A stretch of 64,000 bases of DNA from Candidatus Omnitrophota bacterium (GCA_022710715.1 JAKLGJ010000004.1:320166-384165); one strand, 5' to 3'. Shown: positions 53,156-62,061, counted from the stretch's first letter. Notes: generated from the letters alone by a model not told the origin. Program-made: numbers and translations.

Positions 53156-54643
53156 ATGAAATTCAATTCCATCCGCTTCAAGATCAGTATTTTTTATACG
53201 GGCATACTCGCGTTGATCCTGGTATTCTATTCGGCGATCAATTATTACAATCTGCGTTACGCGCTCTACCGGGATCTGGATAACGAGGTCCTGGTCAAAG
53301 CGCAGGAGATCTCGACCGCGATCAATTCGTACCTGGAGCCGCTGGGAAACGACCAGCGGGCGTTCGATTTCGCCGTGCGCCGGGTGATCAGGCTGGAAGG
53401 TATGCATCCGAATCAGGTCAAGGTGGACGCGATAGAGCGCGCATGGCTGGAGAAGAGAGTGAAGCAGAATCTTGCCGACGCTTACATCAATCTGGCCAGC
53501 GCTGACCGGACGGAAGCGATCGTCAGTTCCGCCAATATGACCCAGCCGATGATCGCGGGGTTTTTGTCGGGGATAGCCGCGTCGCGCAAAAAAGCGCTCT
53601 CCTACAAAGACGTGAATCTTGATAACCGCCAGTTGCGCGTGGTGACCATCCCGTTTTATTCGAATTACCGCAAAAAACAGGCGCTCCTGCTGCAGGTCGG
53701 GGTGTCGCGCCAGCCGGTATTCATCATTCTCTACGGGCGGTTGATCTTCGCCGCTTTGACCATTCCGCTCATCCTGCTGATCGCGGGATTTTTCGGCGGG
53801 GTGATTACCGCCAGAGTTCTGCGGCCGATCATGGAGGTTACCTGGGTCGCCAGCAACATCACGCACAAGGATTTGAGCGTGCGGGTGGAAGCCAAGCGCG
53901 GCGAAGAAGAGCTGAAATATCTGGTCAACGCGTTCAATGAGATGATCTCGCGGCTGGATAAGTCGTTCCGCTATATCGCCGAGTTCAGCTCGAACGTCGC
54001 GCACGAGCTGAAAACCCCCCTGACGATCATCAAAGGGGAATCGGAGCTGGCGTTGATGAAAGAGCGCGATCCCGCGGAGTACCAGCGCGTGGTCAAAGTG
54101 ACCCTGGAAGAGACCGAGGGGATGCTGCGGGTAGTTGAAGATCTGCTGCTGTTGAGCCGGCTGGAATATCAACCTTCGGCTTTTCATTTCGAGCCGTTCG
54201 ATCTGAACAGTCTTATCGATGACGTCGCCGAGCTCGCTAAAAAGATGGCGGCTGCGAAAAATATCGCCGTTAAGCTCGGGCGTCTCGATAAACCGGTAAT
54301 TATCCGCGCCGACGCTCCGCACATCAGACGGATGTTCCTCAATCTGGTGAGCAATGCCGTCAAGTTTTCCCGCCTGGGAGGCGAGATCGATCTGAAAGTC
54401 CAGAGCGACGGGAAAACCGTTTCGGTTTCCGTGGCGGATAACGGCGTGGGGATCCCTCCCGGGAACATTAACAAGATATTCGACCGTTTCTTCCATGACG
54501 ACTATCAGGGGCATTCCGGCGAAAGCGGCACCGGGTTGGGGTTGAGTATCGCCCGGTCCATCGCCAGGATCCATGGAGGAGACATCTCCGTTCAAAGCCA
54601 GCTGCACAAAGGTTCCGCCTTCACCGTAGCCCTCCCGCTGTAG
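53156..54643 (+). CDS. sensor histidine kinase (CusS-like)
   Basis: Periplasmic sensor between two TM helices, HAMP, H-box 'AHELKTPLTII', N-box 'NLVSNAVKFS', 'DNGVGI' and 'GLGLSIA'. Confidence 0.85.
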   Translation: MKFNSIRFKISIFYTGILALILVFYSAINYYNLRYALYRDLDNEVLVKAQEISTAINSYLEPLGNDQRAFDFAVRRVIRLEGMHPNQVKVDAIERAWLEKRVKQNLADAYINLASADRTEAIVSSANMTQPMIAGFLSGIAASRKKALSYKDVNLDNRQLRVVTIPFYSNYRKKQALLLQVGVSRQPVFIILYGRLIFAALTIPLILLIAGFFGGVITARVLRPIMEVTWVASNITHKDLSVRVEAKRGEEELKYLVNAFNEMISRLDKSFRYIAEFSSNVAHELKTPLTIIKGESELALMKERDPAEYQRVVKVTLEETEGMLRVVEDLLLLSRLEYQPSAFHFEPFDLNSLIDDVAELAKKMAAAKNIAVKLGRLDKPVIIRADAPHIRRMFLNLVSNAVKFSRLGGEIDLKVQSDGKTVSVSVADNGVGIPPGNINKIFDRFFHDDYQGHSGESGTGLGLSIARSIARIHGGDISVQSQLHKGSAFTVALPL

Positions 54644-54744
54644 ATTAGAAAATTTAATCATTATTTAATCTTCTTCTAATCCTTGATTTGCTATAGTGCC
54701 GGGCGTAAACACCGGGGGCGGATCAGTCAAACAAGGGGGAGCGC

Positions 54745-54897
54745 ATGAAAAGAGAGCTCGAAAAAGAAGATGATAAATATGAGATCGTCATCCGAAAGAT
54801 CGGGCGGCGGATTCCGGTAGAAACGGATATCATGAATGATCGGGAGATCCAGGCGGTTTTGTATTTTATCGGGATGTTGAATGTGCGGAATTCGTAG
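54745..54897 (+). CDS. possible small protein (50 aa, below ORF-track cutoff)
   Basis: 'MKRELEKEDDKYEIVIRKIGRRIPVETDIMNDREIQAVLYFIGMLNVRNS'. AAGGGGGAG RBS 6 nt upstream. Followed by a hairpin and T7 run. Confidence 0.3.
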   Translation: MKRELEKEDDKYEIVIRKIGRRIPVETDIMNDREIQAVLYFIGMLNVRNS

Positions 54898-54908
54898 GTT
54901 ATTTTAAG

Positions 54909-54967
54909 GGGCGGTTCTCTATTGCCTTTATCGGGGTGAAATACTAAAGAGAACCGTCCCTTTTTTT
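54909..54967 (+). terminator. large-loop hairpin + T7 (terminator-like)
   Basis: GGGGCGGTTCTCT ... AGAGAACCGTCCC followed by TTTTTTT. Confidence 0.5.
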
Positions 54968-54983
54968 GTGCTATAATATCGTC

Positions 54984-55394
54984 ATGGTGTGTCATTTGAT
55001 CGAAGAAGCCGGGAAAGGGACGCTGGATTGGCAGACGATCAAGGAGACGGTCGTCGTGGATGAAAACGCGCATCTGGCGGATTCCGACAAATTCGATGTC
55101 AGTATCGGCGCGTGCAAGGTGTGCGGCCAGAAGTATATCGTTTGTTTCAGGGAATTCAATTCTGCGAAATTCGAGGATTTCTACTGGAATTTCTGGATCC
55201 CGATCAGGGAGCAGGAGATCGCGGCGTTCAAACAGACGGAAATGACCTATCCATTGATGGCAGCGATCGTGGGCAATACGCCGCATATCTGCCGGGGGGA
55301 TAAGAAAACGGTGTACTGGTGCGCGCAGGGCAATCCTCTGGCGTCGACTATCTTCTCGCCGCCTTATATGGTCGATTATCCGGATGTGTCATGA
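54984..55394 (+). CDS. hypothetical Cys-containing protein
   Basis: Start taken as the ATG at 54984, 7 nt downstream of a TATAAT hexamer. No SD sequence. The minus-strand ORF 54723..55286 is rejected as antisense. Confidence 0.4.
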   Translation: MVCHLIEEAGKGTLDWQTIKETVVVDENAHLADSDKFDVSIGACKVCGQKYIVCFREFNSAKFEDFYWNFWIPIREQEIAAFKQTEMTYPLMAAIVGNTPHICRGDKKTVYWCAQGNPLASTIFSPPYMVDYPDVS

Positions 55395-55413
55395 TTGAAG
55401 TATCGGAGGAATA

Positions 55414-56238
55414 ATGATCACGATCGCGGTGGACAAAAAAATATGCAAGGGCGACGGCAGGTGCGTGGAGATCTGCCCGATGCAGATACTCAAGATGAAC
55501 GCGCAAAAGCAGATCCCGGAGTTCATTGACGGCGGCGGGGAGATGTGCATTAATTGCGGCCATTGTTTCGCTGTCTGTCCGCATGGGGCGATCCGGCTTT
55601 CCACGATGGGCGTCGAGGATACCGCGCGGCTTGATTATGCCGCGCTGCCCGGGCCCGCACAGGTGGAGCTGCTGCTCAAGGGGCGGCGCTCGATCCGGTC
55701 ATATACGGATGAGCCGGTGTCAAAGCCGTCGGTGGAAAAGCTGCTGGATATCGCCCGGTACGCACCTTCCGGGATAAATCGTCAGCCGGTAAACTGGGCG
55801 GTGGTGCTGGGTAAAGAACGGGTGCAGACACTGGGAGCGCTGACGGCGCAGTGGATGCAACAGCTTATCGCGGCGAAATCTCCCATGGCCGAATCGCTGC
55901 GCTTTGACCGGCTGGTCGCGGCCCGGGAACAAAGCAAGGATCTGATCTGCCGCAATGCGCCCTGCATGATCATTGCCTACGGTCTTAAGGACGATCCGAT
56001 GGTCCCGCAGTCCTGCACGATTGCCGCGACGTATCTGGAGCTGGCGGCATTCGGTTCGGGGTTGGGCGCCTGCTGGGCGGGGTATGTGAATATGGCGGTG
56101 AATATGTCGGAAGTCGCGCGCAAATTCGTCGGCATTTCCGCGCACGCGCAAGCCGGCGCCGCGATGATGGTCGGGTACCCCGAATATCGTTACAGCCGGA
56201 TCCCGGCGAGAAATCCCGCCAGGATCATCTGGAAATAA
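55414..56238 (+). CDS. 4Fe-4S ferredoxin domain + nitroreductase family protein
   Basis: N-terminal 'CKGDGRCVEICP' and 'CINCGHCFAVCP' cluster motifs, followed by a nitroreductase fold ('RRSIRSY'). Confidence 0.75.
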   Translation: MITIAVDKKICKGDGRCVEICPMQILKMNAQKQIPEFIDGGGEMCINCGHCFAVCPHGAIRLSTMGVEDTARLDYAALPGPAQVELLLKGRRSIRSYTDEPVSKPSVEKLLDIARYAPSGINRQPVNWAVVLGKERVQTLGALTAQWMQQLIAAKSPMAESLRFDRLVAAREQSKDLICRNAPCMIIAYGLKDDPMVPQSCTIAATYLELAAFGSGLGACWAGYVNMAVNMSEVARKFVGISAHAQAGAAMMVGYPEYRYSRIPARNPARIIWK

Positions 56239-56247
56239 GGAGATAGC

Positions 56248-56676
56248 ATGGATCAGGAAAAAGTGAAAATGGCTTCGCCGTGCGGGGTGGACTGCGCGGA
56301 TTGCATCGCGCATCTGGCGAAAGAGCATACCGCGGAAAAAAGAAGGCTGGTTTCTGCCGGGTTCAAAGAAGAAACGCTGCCCTGCCCGGGGTGCCGGCCG
56401 TTAAAAGGCAAATGCCCGGTTATCGGCGGCTCCTGCGATACGTATGCCTGCTTCGAGAAGAAAGGGATAACCTTCTGTTTCGAGTGCGGGGAATTCCCCT
56501 GCGATAAATTGATCCCGGCCGCGGACAAAGCGGACCGCGCGCTGCATAATCTCAAAGTGTTCAATCTGTGCTGTATACAGAAACAGGGCCTGGAAAAATG
56601 GCTGGCCAGGGCTAAAGACGCCAAGAGGAAATATTTTAAAGGGAAGCTCGATTACGGCAAAGGGCCGGTAGAGTAG
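56248..56676 (+). CDS. DUF3795 family Cys-rich protein
   Basis: 'CGVDCADC...CPGCR...C..C..YACFEKKGITFCFECGEFPCDKL' matches the DUF3795 cysteine pattern. Confidence 0.6.
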   Translation: MDQEKVKMASPCGVDCADCIAHLAKEHTAEKRRLVSAGFKEETLPCPGCRPLKGKCPVIGGSCDTYACFEKKGITFCFECGEFPCDKLIPAADKADRALHNLKVFNLCCIQKQGLEKWLARAKDAKRKYFKGKLDYGKGPVE

Positions 56677-56696
56677 GGATAGCCGGATACCGGGAA

Positions 56697-57638
56697 ATGA
56701 TACGTAAGCTATTAGAGAGATTCGCGAAATTGCTGGTAGTCTGGGTGGTTCTGGCTGCGGGCGTGGGGTATGCTTTTCCGCAGGCGCTGGTGCCGCTTAA
56801 GCCGTATACCGACTGGCTGTTCGGGTTCACCATGTTCGGGATCGGCTGTTTGCTTTCCGAAAAAGATTTTATTCCTATCCTGGAGAAACCCAGGCTCGTT
56901 TTCCTGGGGACCGCGGCGCAGTTCGTGATCATGCCGGTTCTGGCTTTTTGTATCATCAAATTCCTGGGGCTGGGTCCGGCGCTGGCCGTGGGGTTGATCC
57001 TGGCTGCGGCTGTTCCGGATGCCATGGCCGCGGGAGTAATGTCGTATCTGGCGGAAGCTGACGTGGCTTTTTCCGTGGCCCTGACCACCGCCACCACGCT
57101 GATCTCGCCGGTAGTCACGCCGGCTTTGACCTATTTTCTGGGACGCCAGTATATCTCGATACAGTTCTGGCCGATGATGCAGAGTATCATGATCATGGTG
57201 ATCCTGCCGCTTTTGCTGGGATTGTGGGTCCAGCATCGGTTTCATGCGTTTACCACCCGGATCAAGCCGGTGTTCCCGGCGCTCTCGGCGTTGTTCATCG
57301 CTTTCATCTGCGGCCTGGTGGTGGCGTTGAACAGGAACGCTCTGGGTAAAGTCACCGGGCTGGTGTTCGTCGCGGTGATCAGCCTGAATGTCCTGGGGCT
57401 TATCTTCGGGTATCTCGCGGGCAAGGCGTTCCGGTTCGATCTCGCGCAGCGTCGCACGCTGGCGATCAATGTCGGGATGCAGAACGCGGGCATGGGAGCG
57501 GTGCTGGCGATCAAGCATATTTCCGCGGAAGCCGCGATCCCCAACGCGCTTTTCGCCACCTGGTGCATTGTCAGCGCGGCAGTGCTTGCCGGGATATGGT
57601 CGGCGAAGAAGACCGCCGCGCCCGGCAAAGAGAAATAG
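56697..57638 (+). CDS. bile acid:sodium symporter (BASS) family transporter
   Basis: About 9-10 TM helices. 'INVGMQNAGMG' is the conserved BASS/Acr3-like crossover motif. Confidence 0.7.
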   Translation: MIRKLLERFAKLLVVWVVLAAGVGYAFPQALVPLKPYTDWLFGFTMFGIGCLLSEKDFIPILEKPRLVFLGTAAQFVIMPVLAFCIIKFLGLGPALAVGLILAAAVPDAMAAGVMSYLAEADVAFSVALTTATTLISPVVTPALTYFLGRQYISIQFWPMMQSIMIMVILPLLLGLWVQHRFHAFTTRIKPVFPALSALFIAFICGLVVALNRNALGKVTGLVFVAVISLNVLGLIFGYLAGKAFRFDLAQRRTLAINVGMQNAGMGAVLAIKHISAEAAIPNALFATWCIVSAAVLAGIWSAKKTAAPGKEK

Positions 57639-57669
57639 TCTCGTGCGCTGCGCGCTATAAAGGAAATCG

Positions 57670-57885
57670 ATGGAATTCAAACTGCGAACCGAGTTTATCG
57701 AACTGGATAATCTGCTCAAGGCTTTGAGATTGGTCAGCGGCGGTACAGAAGCCAAGCAGTGTATTCAGGCCGGCCAGGTCAAGGTTAACGGCGAAGTGGA
57801 GATGCGCGTGCGGCGGAAAGTGCGGGCAGGAGATGGTGTGGAGTTCGTCAAAGACGGCGCAGCGCAGTCTATAACCGTCGCGTAG
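57670..57885 (+). CDS. S4-domain RNA-binding protein (YbcJ-like)
   Basis: 71 aa. 'IELDNLLKALRLVSGGTEAKQCIQAGQVKVNGEVE...RRKVRAGDGVEF' matches the S4 fold. Confidence 0.7.
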   Translation: MEFKLRTEFIELDNLLKALRLVSGGTEAKQCIQAGQVKVNGEVEMRVRRKVRAGDGVEFVKDGAAQSITVA

Positions 57886-57927
57886 GGGCGGCCGGAAAAT
57901 TTTCCCTCCCTGCCTTGAAAAAGACGG

Positions 57928-57936
57928 ATTATATGG
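57928..57936 (+). promoter_or_regulatory. putative extended -10 element (TGGTATACT)
   Basis: 'tatatggtatactcc' lies about 130 nt upstream of the 58067 ATG. Confidence 0.3.
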
Positions 57937-58066
57937 TATACTCCTTTTGTTAATAGTTGAAATGTGAGTTGTACCGGAGTTTGCCACGGTTTATGAAAAG
58001 CGAGGGAGCTTTTCATCGATCGTGGTTTTTTTTGTGTCCAAGCTTTGGGGAAAGCAAGGGGGGAGC

Positions 58067-61000
58067 ATGCGTTTTTTCAAGAGATGTGTCGCTTTTTGTA
58101 TTGTTTTTTGTTTAGCTTTCGAACAATCAGGATTCGCGCAGGTAGCGCCTCAAATGGGCGTGCCGGCATACCTGGCCGGGCTCCTCGCGCAGGACCGGTA
58201 CCGTCCGGTACATCTTCGCTCGATCTCGATCGATCCGCAGACGGATCGTTACGTTATCCTGCTGGATAAAGGCGACAGCAGGGATCTTAAAGCCCCGGAG
58301 ATCGAAGCGACCACCAGAAAATTACTGGAATATTTCAAGATCGGCGTAGCTTTGCCCAACAGCATGTTCTGGGTGAACCTGCGTCCGGATTCGGACGCGA
58401 ATATCATCGATCCGTATCTGGAACGCACAGATATGGGTAAGGTGTTTTTGGCCGCGGATGTGCAGCTGAAAAAAGACCTGGCCCGGTTCACTTCCCCGGA
58501 TACCCGGGAGGGCAGGGAGTACTGGAATAAGCTTTACGCCCGGGCAACGGAGCTTTTCGGTGCGCAGGGAAATGTTACCATCCCCACGGTCGCCCGGCCC
58601 TGGATCGTGCCGGGAGAAATTATCCTGAAGCAGACGCTTCAGGGCGCTTATGTGCATAAAGCGGTGATGAAAGTGTGCCTGGAGCAGGATTGGATCAAGG
58701 CGCAGACTGCCACCAACGGCCTCCCGGAGCAGGGTGTTGCTGTGCCCGCTGACGCCCGTTTTCAGACGCTCAACGCTTACTCTGCACAGCTGCTGCGCGC
58801 GTTGATCATCCCCAGGCTTACCCGCGAAGTCAATTCTTCCCAAAGATATTCCGCACTGCGTCAGGTATTCTATTCGCTGGTGCTGGCGCAGTGGTACAAG
58901 GCCAGCCGCAGCGCTGCCGGCGCGGCCGTTGATCCCGGACTGCTCATGGATTCGAAGGACCTGACCGGGCTGACTTCACCGCAGTCCTGGTCGAAGCAGG
59001 ACTATTACCGGGACTACCGCAGATCTTTTCAGGAGGGCGAATATAATAAACAGGAACAGGTGCGCGCGCAGGGCGGCATCGCGATCCGCCGGTATTTCAG
59101 CGGCGGAGTTGCGGGGGCGATCGATCCTTCCTCAATAATCGTACTGCAGCAGCGCGGCAATAGTAATGGGTTCCAGGTTACGCCCGCGACGGTCCGCGTC
59201 GAAGTCTCACCGGAAGGAATAACGGCGCAGTTACCCGACGGCGGCGCCAATCTTGACGAGCAGCAGGATGCTTTATTGCAACCAGCGCGTGACCGGGTCG
59301 TTGCTGCCCTCGATCAAAGGATCGCCGGCGGGAAAAGAGCGCGTAACGCGGCTTTTATTTCGATGGCGATCTCCGGGATTTTTCTTGCCGCATCGTTCTA
59401 TCTTAATTTTTCCACTACCGTGACATTGGTCGGTTCGGCGTTCGCCGCGCTGGTAACGTTTGTATCGGGTATGAACTCCAATGTGTATGTCGATCACTAC
59501 CAGCGGGCGCGTAAGAGGGCGCAGGCCGCGGAAACGCTGATCCCGCAGGATGTGATCAGGATCGCGCAGCCATTCGGGGATTTTCACGGGATCGCGGCGA
59601 CTCCTTTTGCCATTGTGCTGGGCGCAATGACGGCGTCCTTGCTGCGCCACGGGGCGTACCTGCTGTTCAATCCGTTTTTTTTCTCGGCGTATATCTCTGC
59701 GGCCGCGATCACCGGATTGTTGGCATACAAGCTCTGGGATGAATCGAAGGCAGAAGAGCATCTGGAAAATGAAACCGATGAAGTGGTGGCGGAGGCTTCC
59801 GGGGATAAAGAAAAGGCGTACCGCAATGCCGTTGCGGCAGCCCGGCAGCTCATCGCTTCCGGCGATAATTACAGCGCGGAAGATCTGGAAAAAGAAACGA
59901 ACGTCCTGTACTTGCAGGAGTTGATCGCGCAAATCGACGCTCTGGCAGACAGCCGCGGCGCATCCGGCCTGGCGTATCGCGAGAGCGATATTAAAGCGAT
60001 GGCCCAGCGCCGTTTGCTGGCCAAACTGATTTCGAATCGCTATACCCGGGATCCGGTGCCGTTCTCGGAGGAGTATCGCCGCTTTAAATGGAGGAGCGCC
60101 ATATTCCACGCCATGTACCTCGACCACGACGGCACGAAGAAGAAGGCCTTGCGCAGCCCCTACTGGGATACGGTGGGGATCGATCTAAGCGGAGTCGGCA
60201 TTCTCACGGAGTTTGATCTGGACAGGATAACGGAATCGATCATCGCATCCACCAGGGAAGAACAGGACGGCGGCACCGGGGTTGCTCGAGCAGGGATGGT
60301 GCTGGACGTGGCTGAAATACGGGAGGCGCAGCGCAGAACTGCGGTATTGGCGCAGATTGCCGATATCCTTCTCCATGGCGGCGGGACGAACGGAGAGCGG
60401 CTCTATAAGGCGAGCCAGCTGCTCCAGGAAACCGGCCTGTCCCGGGACCGGGATTTCATGAAGCGGGTGCACCGCATCCTGGATGAGCGCGACCGGCAGC
60501 GGAGCGAGGAAGGGCTGGACGGCGGGAGTGAGAAGGGAAATGAGAATATCAAGAAGATCGATAAAGAGATCAAAGAGATCGATGACTATCTTGAGAGGGT
60601 GCCTGTGCCTATGTGGACGCGCGACAGGTTGCTGCGCGAGAGGAAAGATTTAGTCAACGAACGTACGGTGGAAGCTATCGGCGGCCCGGAGATCAAGGAA
60701 ATTGTCCGGATGAAAGAGATCCTTGACGGCCCAGGCCTCTTACCACTCAATAGATGGCAGTATCTGAACGAGGAAATAAAGTTCCAAGAAGTACGAATGG
60801 GCAGAGATAAGGATCGGAAAGCCCGATATGAATCTTATATGAAAGAACACGACGGCGGCAAGGTCTCTCGGGACGAAATGAATGACAACGACGGCGGGAT
60901 CAATGACTTCAGTGAATCGGGCTGGAGAGATTATCAGGCGCAGCGGGCGCGCGATGAATTCGAACGCGAAACCTATGAGCGGGAATTGAGAACGGTGGAG

Positions 61001-61519
61001 AGGGAGAGGTATTTTTCTTCCGGTGACCCGGATAAAGATAGAGCTATAGCCGAAAGAATAGCGCGGGAGCGGACGGACGAGATAATGAGGCATAACCCGG
61101 CGAGCGCATTCAGGGATAGCGACGGCGGCGCGGCAAAAATAGACGACGCGAAAAAAGCCGGCAGGATCGGCGATGAATTGAATGACAAGGATGACGGCGT
61201 TGAGCCGGTCGGCGGTATCGATTTCAGGGCTGTTCCGGTCGTTCCGGCAGCGCCGGCCGCGATACCGGCGCTTGCTGCGCATCCGGCGACTCTGCGGCAA
61301 CTGGAGCGGGACTGGGATACCATTTCCCGCAAGCTGGAGCAGGGCGAGGTTCCCTGCGCTGCATTGAAGGAGTACGCAGCCGCCTGCGTGGCGCATAAGG
61401 ATGCGCGGAAACAGTTGCTTGCAGTTTCCGCCTGTATCGACACTATCCTGCGCATGGAGGAAGATGCTGCGGTAGTCACGTCGGCAGAGATGAAGGAGAT
61501 CCTGGCGATTATCGGTTGA
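58067..61519 (+). CDS. giant secreted/membrane protein (paralog 2): shared N-module, TM segment cluster, highly charged central region, shared C-module
   Basis: Signal peptide 'MRFFKRCVAFCIVFCLAFEQSGFAQV'. The first ~380 aa align residue-by-residue with 25569..33011 (for example 'FKIGVALPNSMFWVNLRPD', 'PWIVPGEII', 'TREVNSSQRY', 'QEGEYNKQEQ'). Hydrophobic helices sit at about aa 430-560. C-terminal 'GGIDFR...RMEED' module is shared with paralog 1. Confidence 0.7.
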   Translation: MRFFKRCVAFCIVFCLAFEQSGFAQVAPQMGVPAYLAGLLAQDRYRPVHLRSISIDPQTDRYVILLDKGDSRDLKAPEIEATTRKLLEYFKIGVALPNSMFWVNLRPDSDANIIDPYLERTDMGKVFLAADVQLKKDLARFTSPDTREGREYWNKLYARATELFGAQGNVTIPTVARPWIVPGEIILKQTLQGAYVHKAVMKVCLEQDWIKAQTATNGLPEQGVAVPADARFQTLNAYSAQLLRALIIPRLTREVNSSQRYSALRQVFYSLVLAQWYKASRSAAGAAVDPGLLMDSKDLTGLTSPQSWSKQDYYRDYRRSFQEGEYNKQEQVRAQGGIAIRRYFSGGVAGAIDPSSIIVLQQRGNSNGFQVTPATVRVEVSPEGITAQLPDGGANLDEQQDALLQPARDRVVAALDQRIAGGKRARNAAFISMAISGIFLAASFYLNFSTTVTLVGSAFAALVTFVSGMNSNVYVDHYQRARKRAQAAETLIPQDVIRIAQPFGDFHGIAATPFAIVLGAMTASLLRHGAYLLFNPFFFSAYISAAAITGLLAYKLWDESKAEEHLENETDEVVAEASGDKEKAYRNAVAAARQLIASGDNYSAEDLEKETNVLYLQELIAQIDALADSRGASGLAYRESDIKAMAQRRLLAKLISNRYTRDPVPFSEEYRRFKWRSAIFHAMYLDHDGTKKKALRSPYWDTVGIDLSGVGILTEFDLDRITESIIASTREEQDGGTGVARAGMVLDVAEIREAQRRTAVLAQIADILLHGGGTNGERLYKASQLLQETGLSRDRDFMKRVHRILDERDRQRSEEGLDGGSEKGNENIKKIDKEIKEIDDYLERVPVPMWTRDRLLRERKDLVNERTVEAIGGPEIKEIVRMKEILDGPGLLPLNRWQYLNEEIKFQEVRMGRDKDRKARYESYMKEHDGGKVSRDEMNDNDGGINDFSESGWRDYQAQRARDEFERETYERELRTVERERYFSSGDPDKDRAIAERIARERTDEIMRHNPASAFRDSDGGAAKIDDAKKAGRIGDELNDKDDGVEPVGGIDFRAVPVVPAAPAAIPALAAHPATLRQLERDWDTISRKLEQGEVPCAALKEYAAACVAHKDARKQLLAVSACIDTILRMEEDAAVVTSAEMKEILAIIG

Positions 61520-61554
61520 TGTGTTGAGAGAGAGTTGAGTTTTCTTTCCGCGCA

Positions 61555-61586
61555 AGGGGCTGGAAATTTCCAGCCCCTTTTTTTCG
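61555..61586 (+). terminator. rho-independent terminator
   Basis: GGGGCTGGAAATTTCCAGCCCC hairpin followed by TTTTTTT. Confidence 0.8.
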
Positions 61587-61613
61587 CTATTTTCAGGGCT
61601 GATTTTTGCTATA

Positions 61614-62036
61614 ATGGAGTGTATGAACAAAACATGCATTAATTGCGCGGAATATAAACGCTGCCGGGAAAGTTCGCTTTCCTGGGTGTTTTTCATTATC
61701 GGGATGATCGCCACGATAGCCTTGCGCGTGGTCACGGTGCTGGCGCATTTTGACCCCGTCTACGGTCAGATCGCCTGGTATATCGGCGTGGCCGGTTTCT
61801 TTATTTTCTTCATTTACAAATATCGCGTCGACCGGGCGCGGTACCGGCTGATCCAGCGCAGCCGGCTTACGGAAAAGCTTGGACAGAAAGGCGATCTGGA
61901 TGCCGATGATCGCCGGCTGGTAGGGTCCATTCTCTGCGCGCTCAGCTCGAACAAGGACCGGATCAATTATCTGCTGATCTTTGTTACTTCCGCCCTGGCG
62001 CTTTTAATCGCTTTCTATTACGACTTTTTAAAATAA
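61614..62036 (+). CDS. hypothetical membrane protein with N-terminal CxxC..C motif
   Basis: 'CINCAEYKRC' followed by 3 TM helices. Start could be 61614 or 61623. A TATAAT hexamer overlaps 61610-61615. Confidence 0.4.
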   Translation: MECMNKTCINCAEYKRCRESSLSWVFFIIGMIATIALRVVTVLAHFDPVYGQIAWYIGVAGFFIFFIYKYRVDRARYRLIQRSRLTEKLGQKGDLDADDRRLVGSILCALSSNKDRINYLLIFVTSALALLIAFYYDFLK

Positions 62037-62061
62037 GAGGGCATGTTATCAAGGAGGATGA

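Noticed and set aside
53108-54661. 517-aa minus-strand ORF opposite the CusS-like histidine kinase
   Set aside because: The plus-strand frame carries textbook H-box, N-box, G1 and G2 motifs. The minus frame is a compositionally biased antisense ORF.
54723-55286. 187-aa minus-strand ORF overlapping 54984..55394
   Set aside because: Arg/Asp-rich and low complexity. The overlapping plus-strand ORF has a more protein-like composition and lies in the prevailing transcription direction after a terminator. Confidence in either is modest.
56712-57755. 347-aa minus-strand ORF opposite the BASS transporter
   Set aside because: Arg/His/Gln-rich with no TM helices, antisense to a plus-strand ORF with a clear multi-TM symporter signature.
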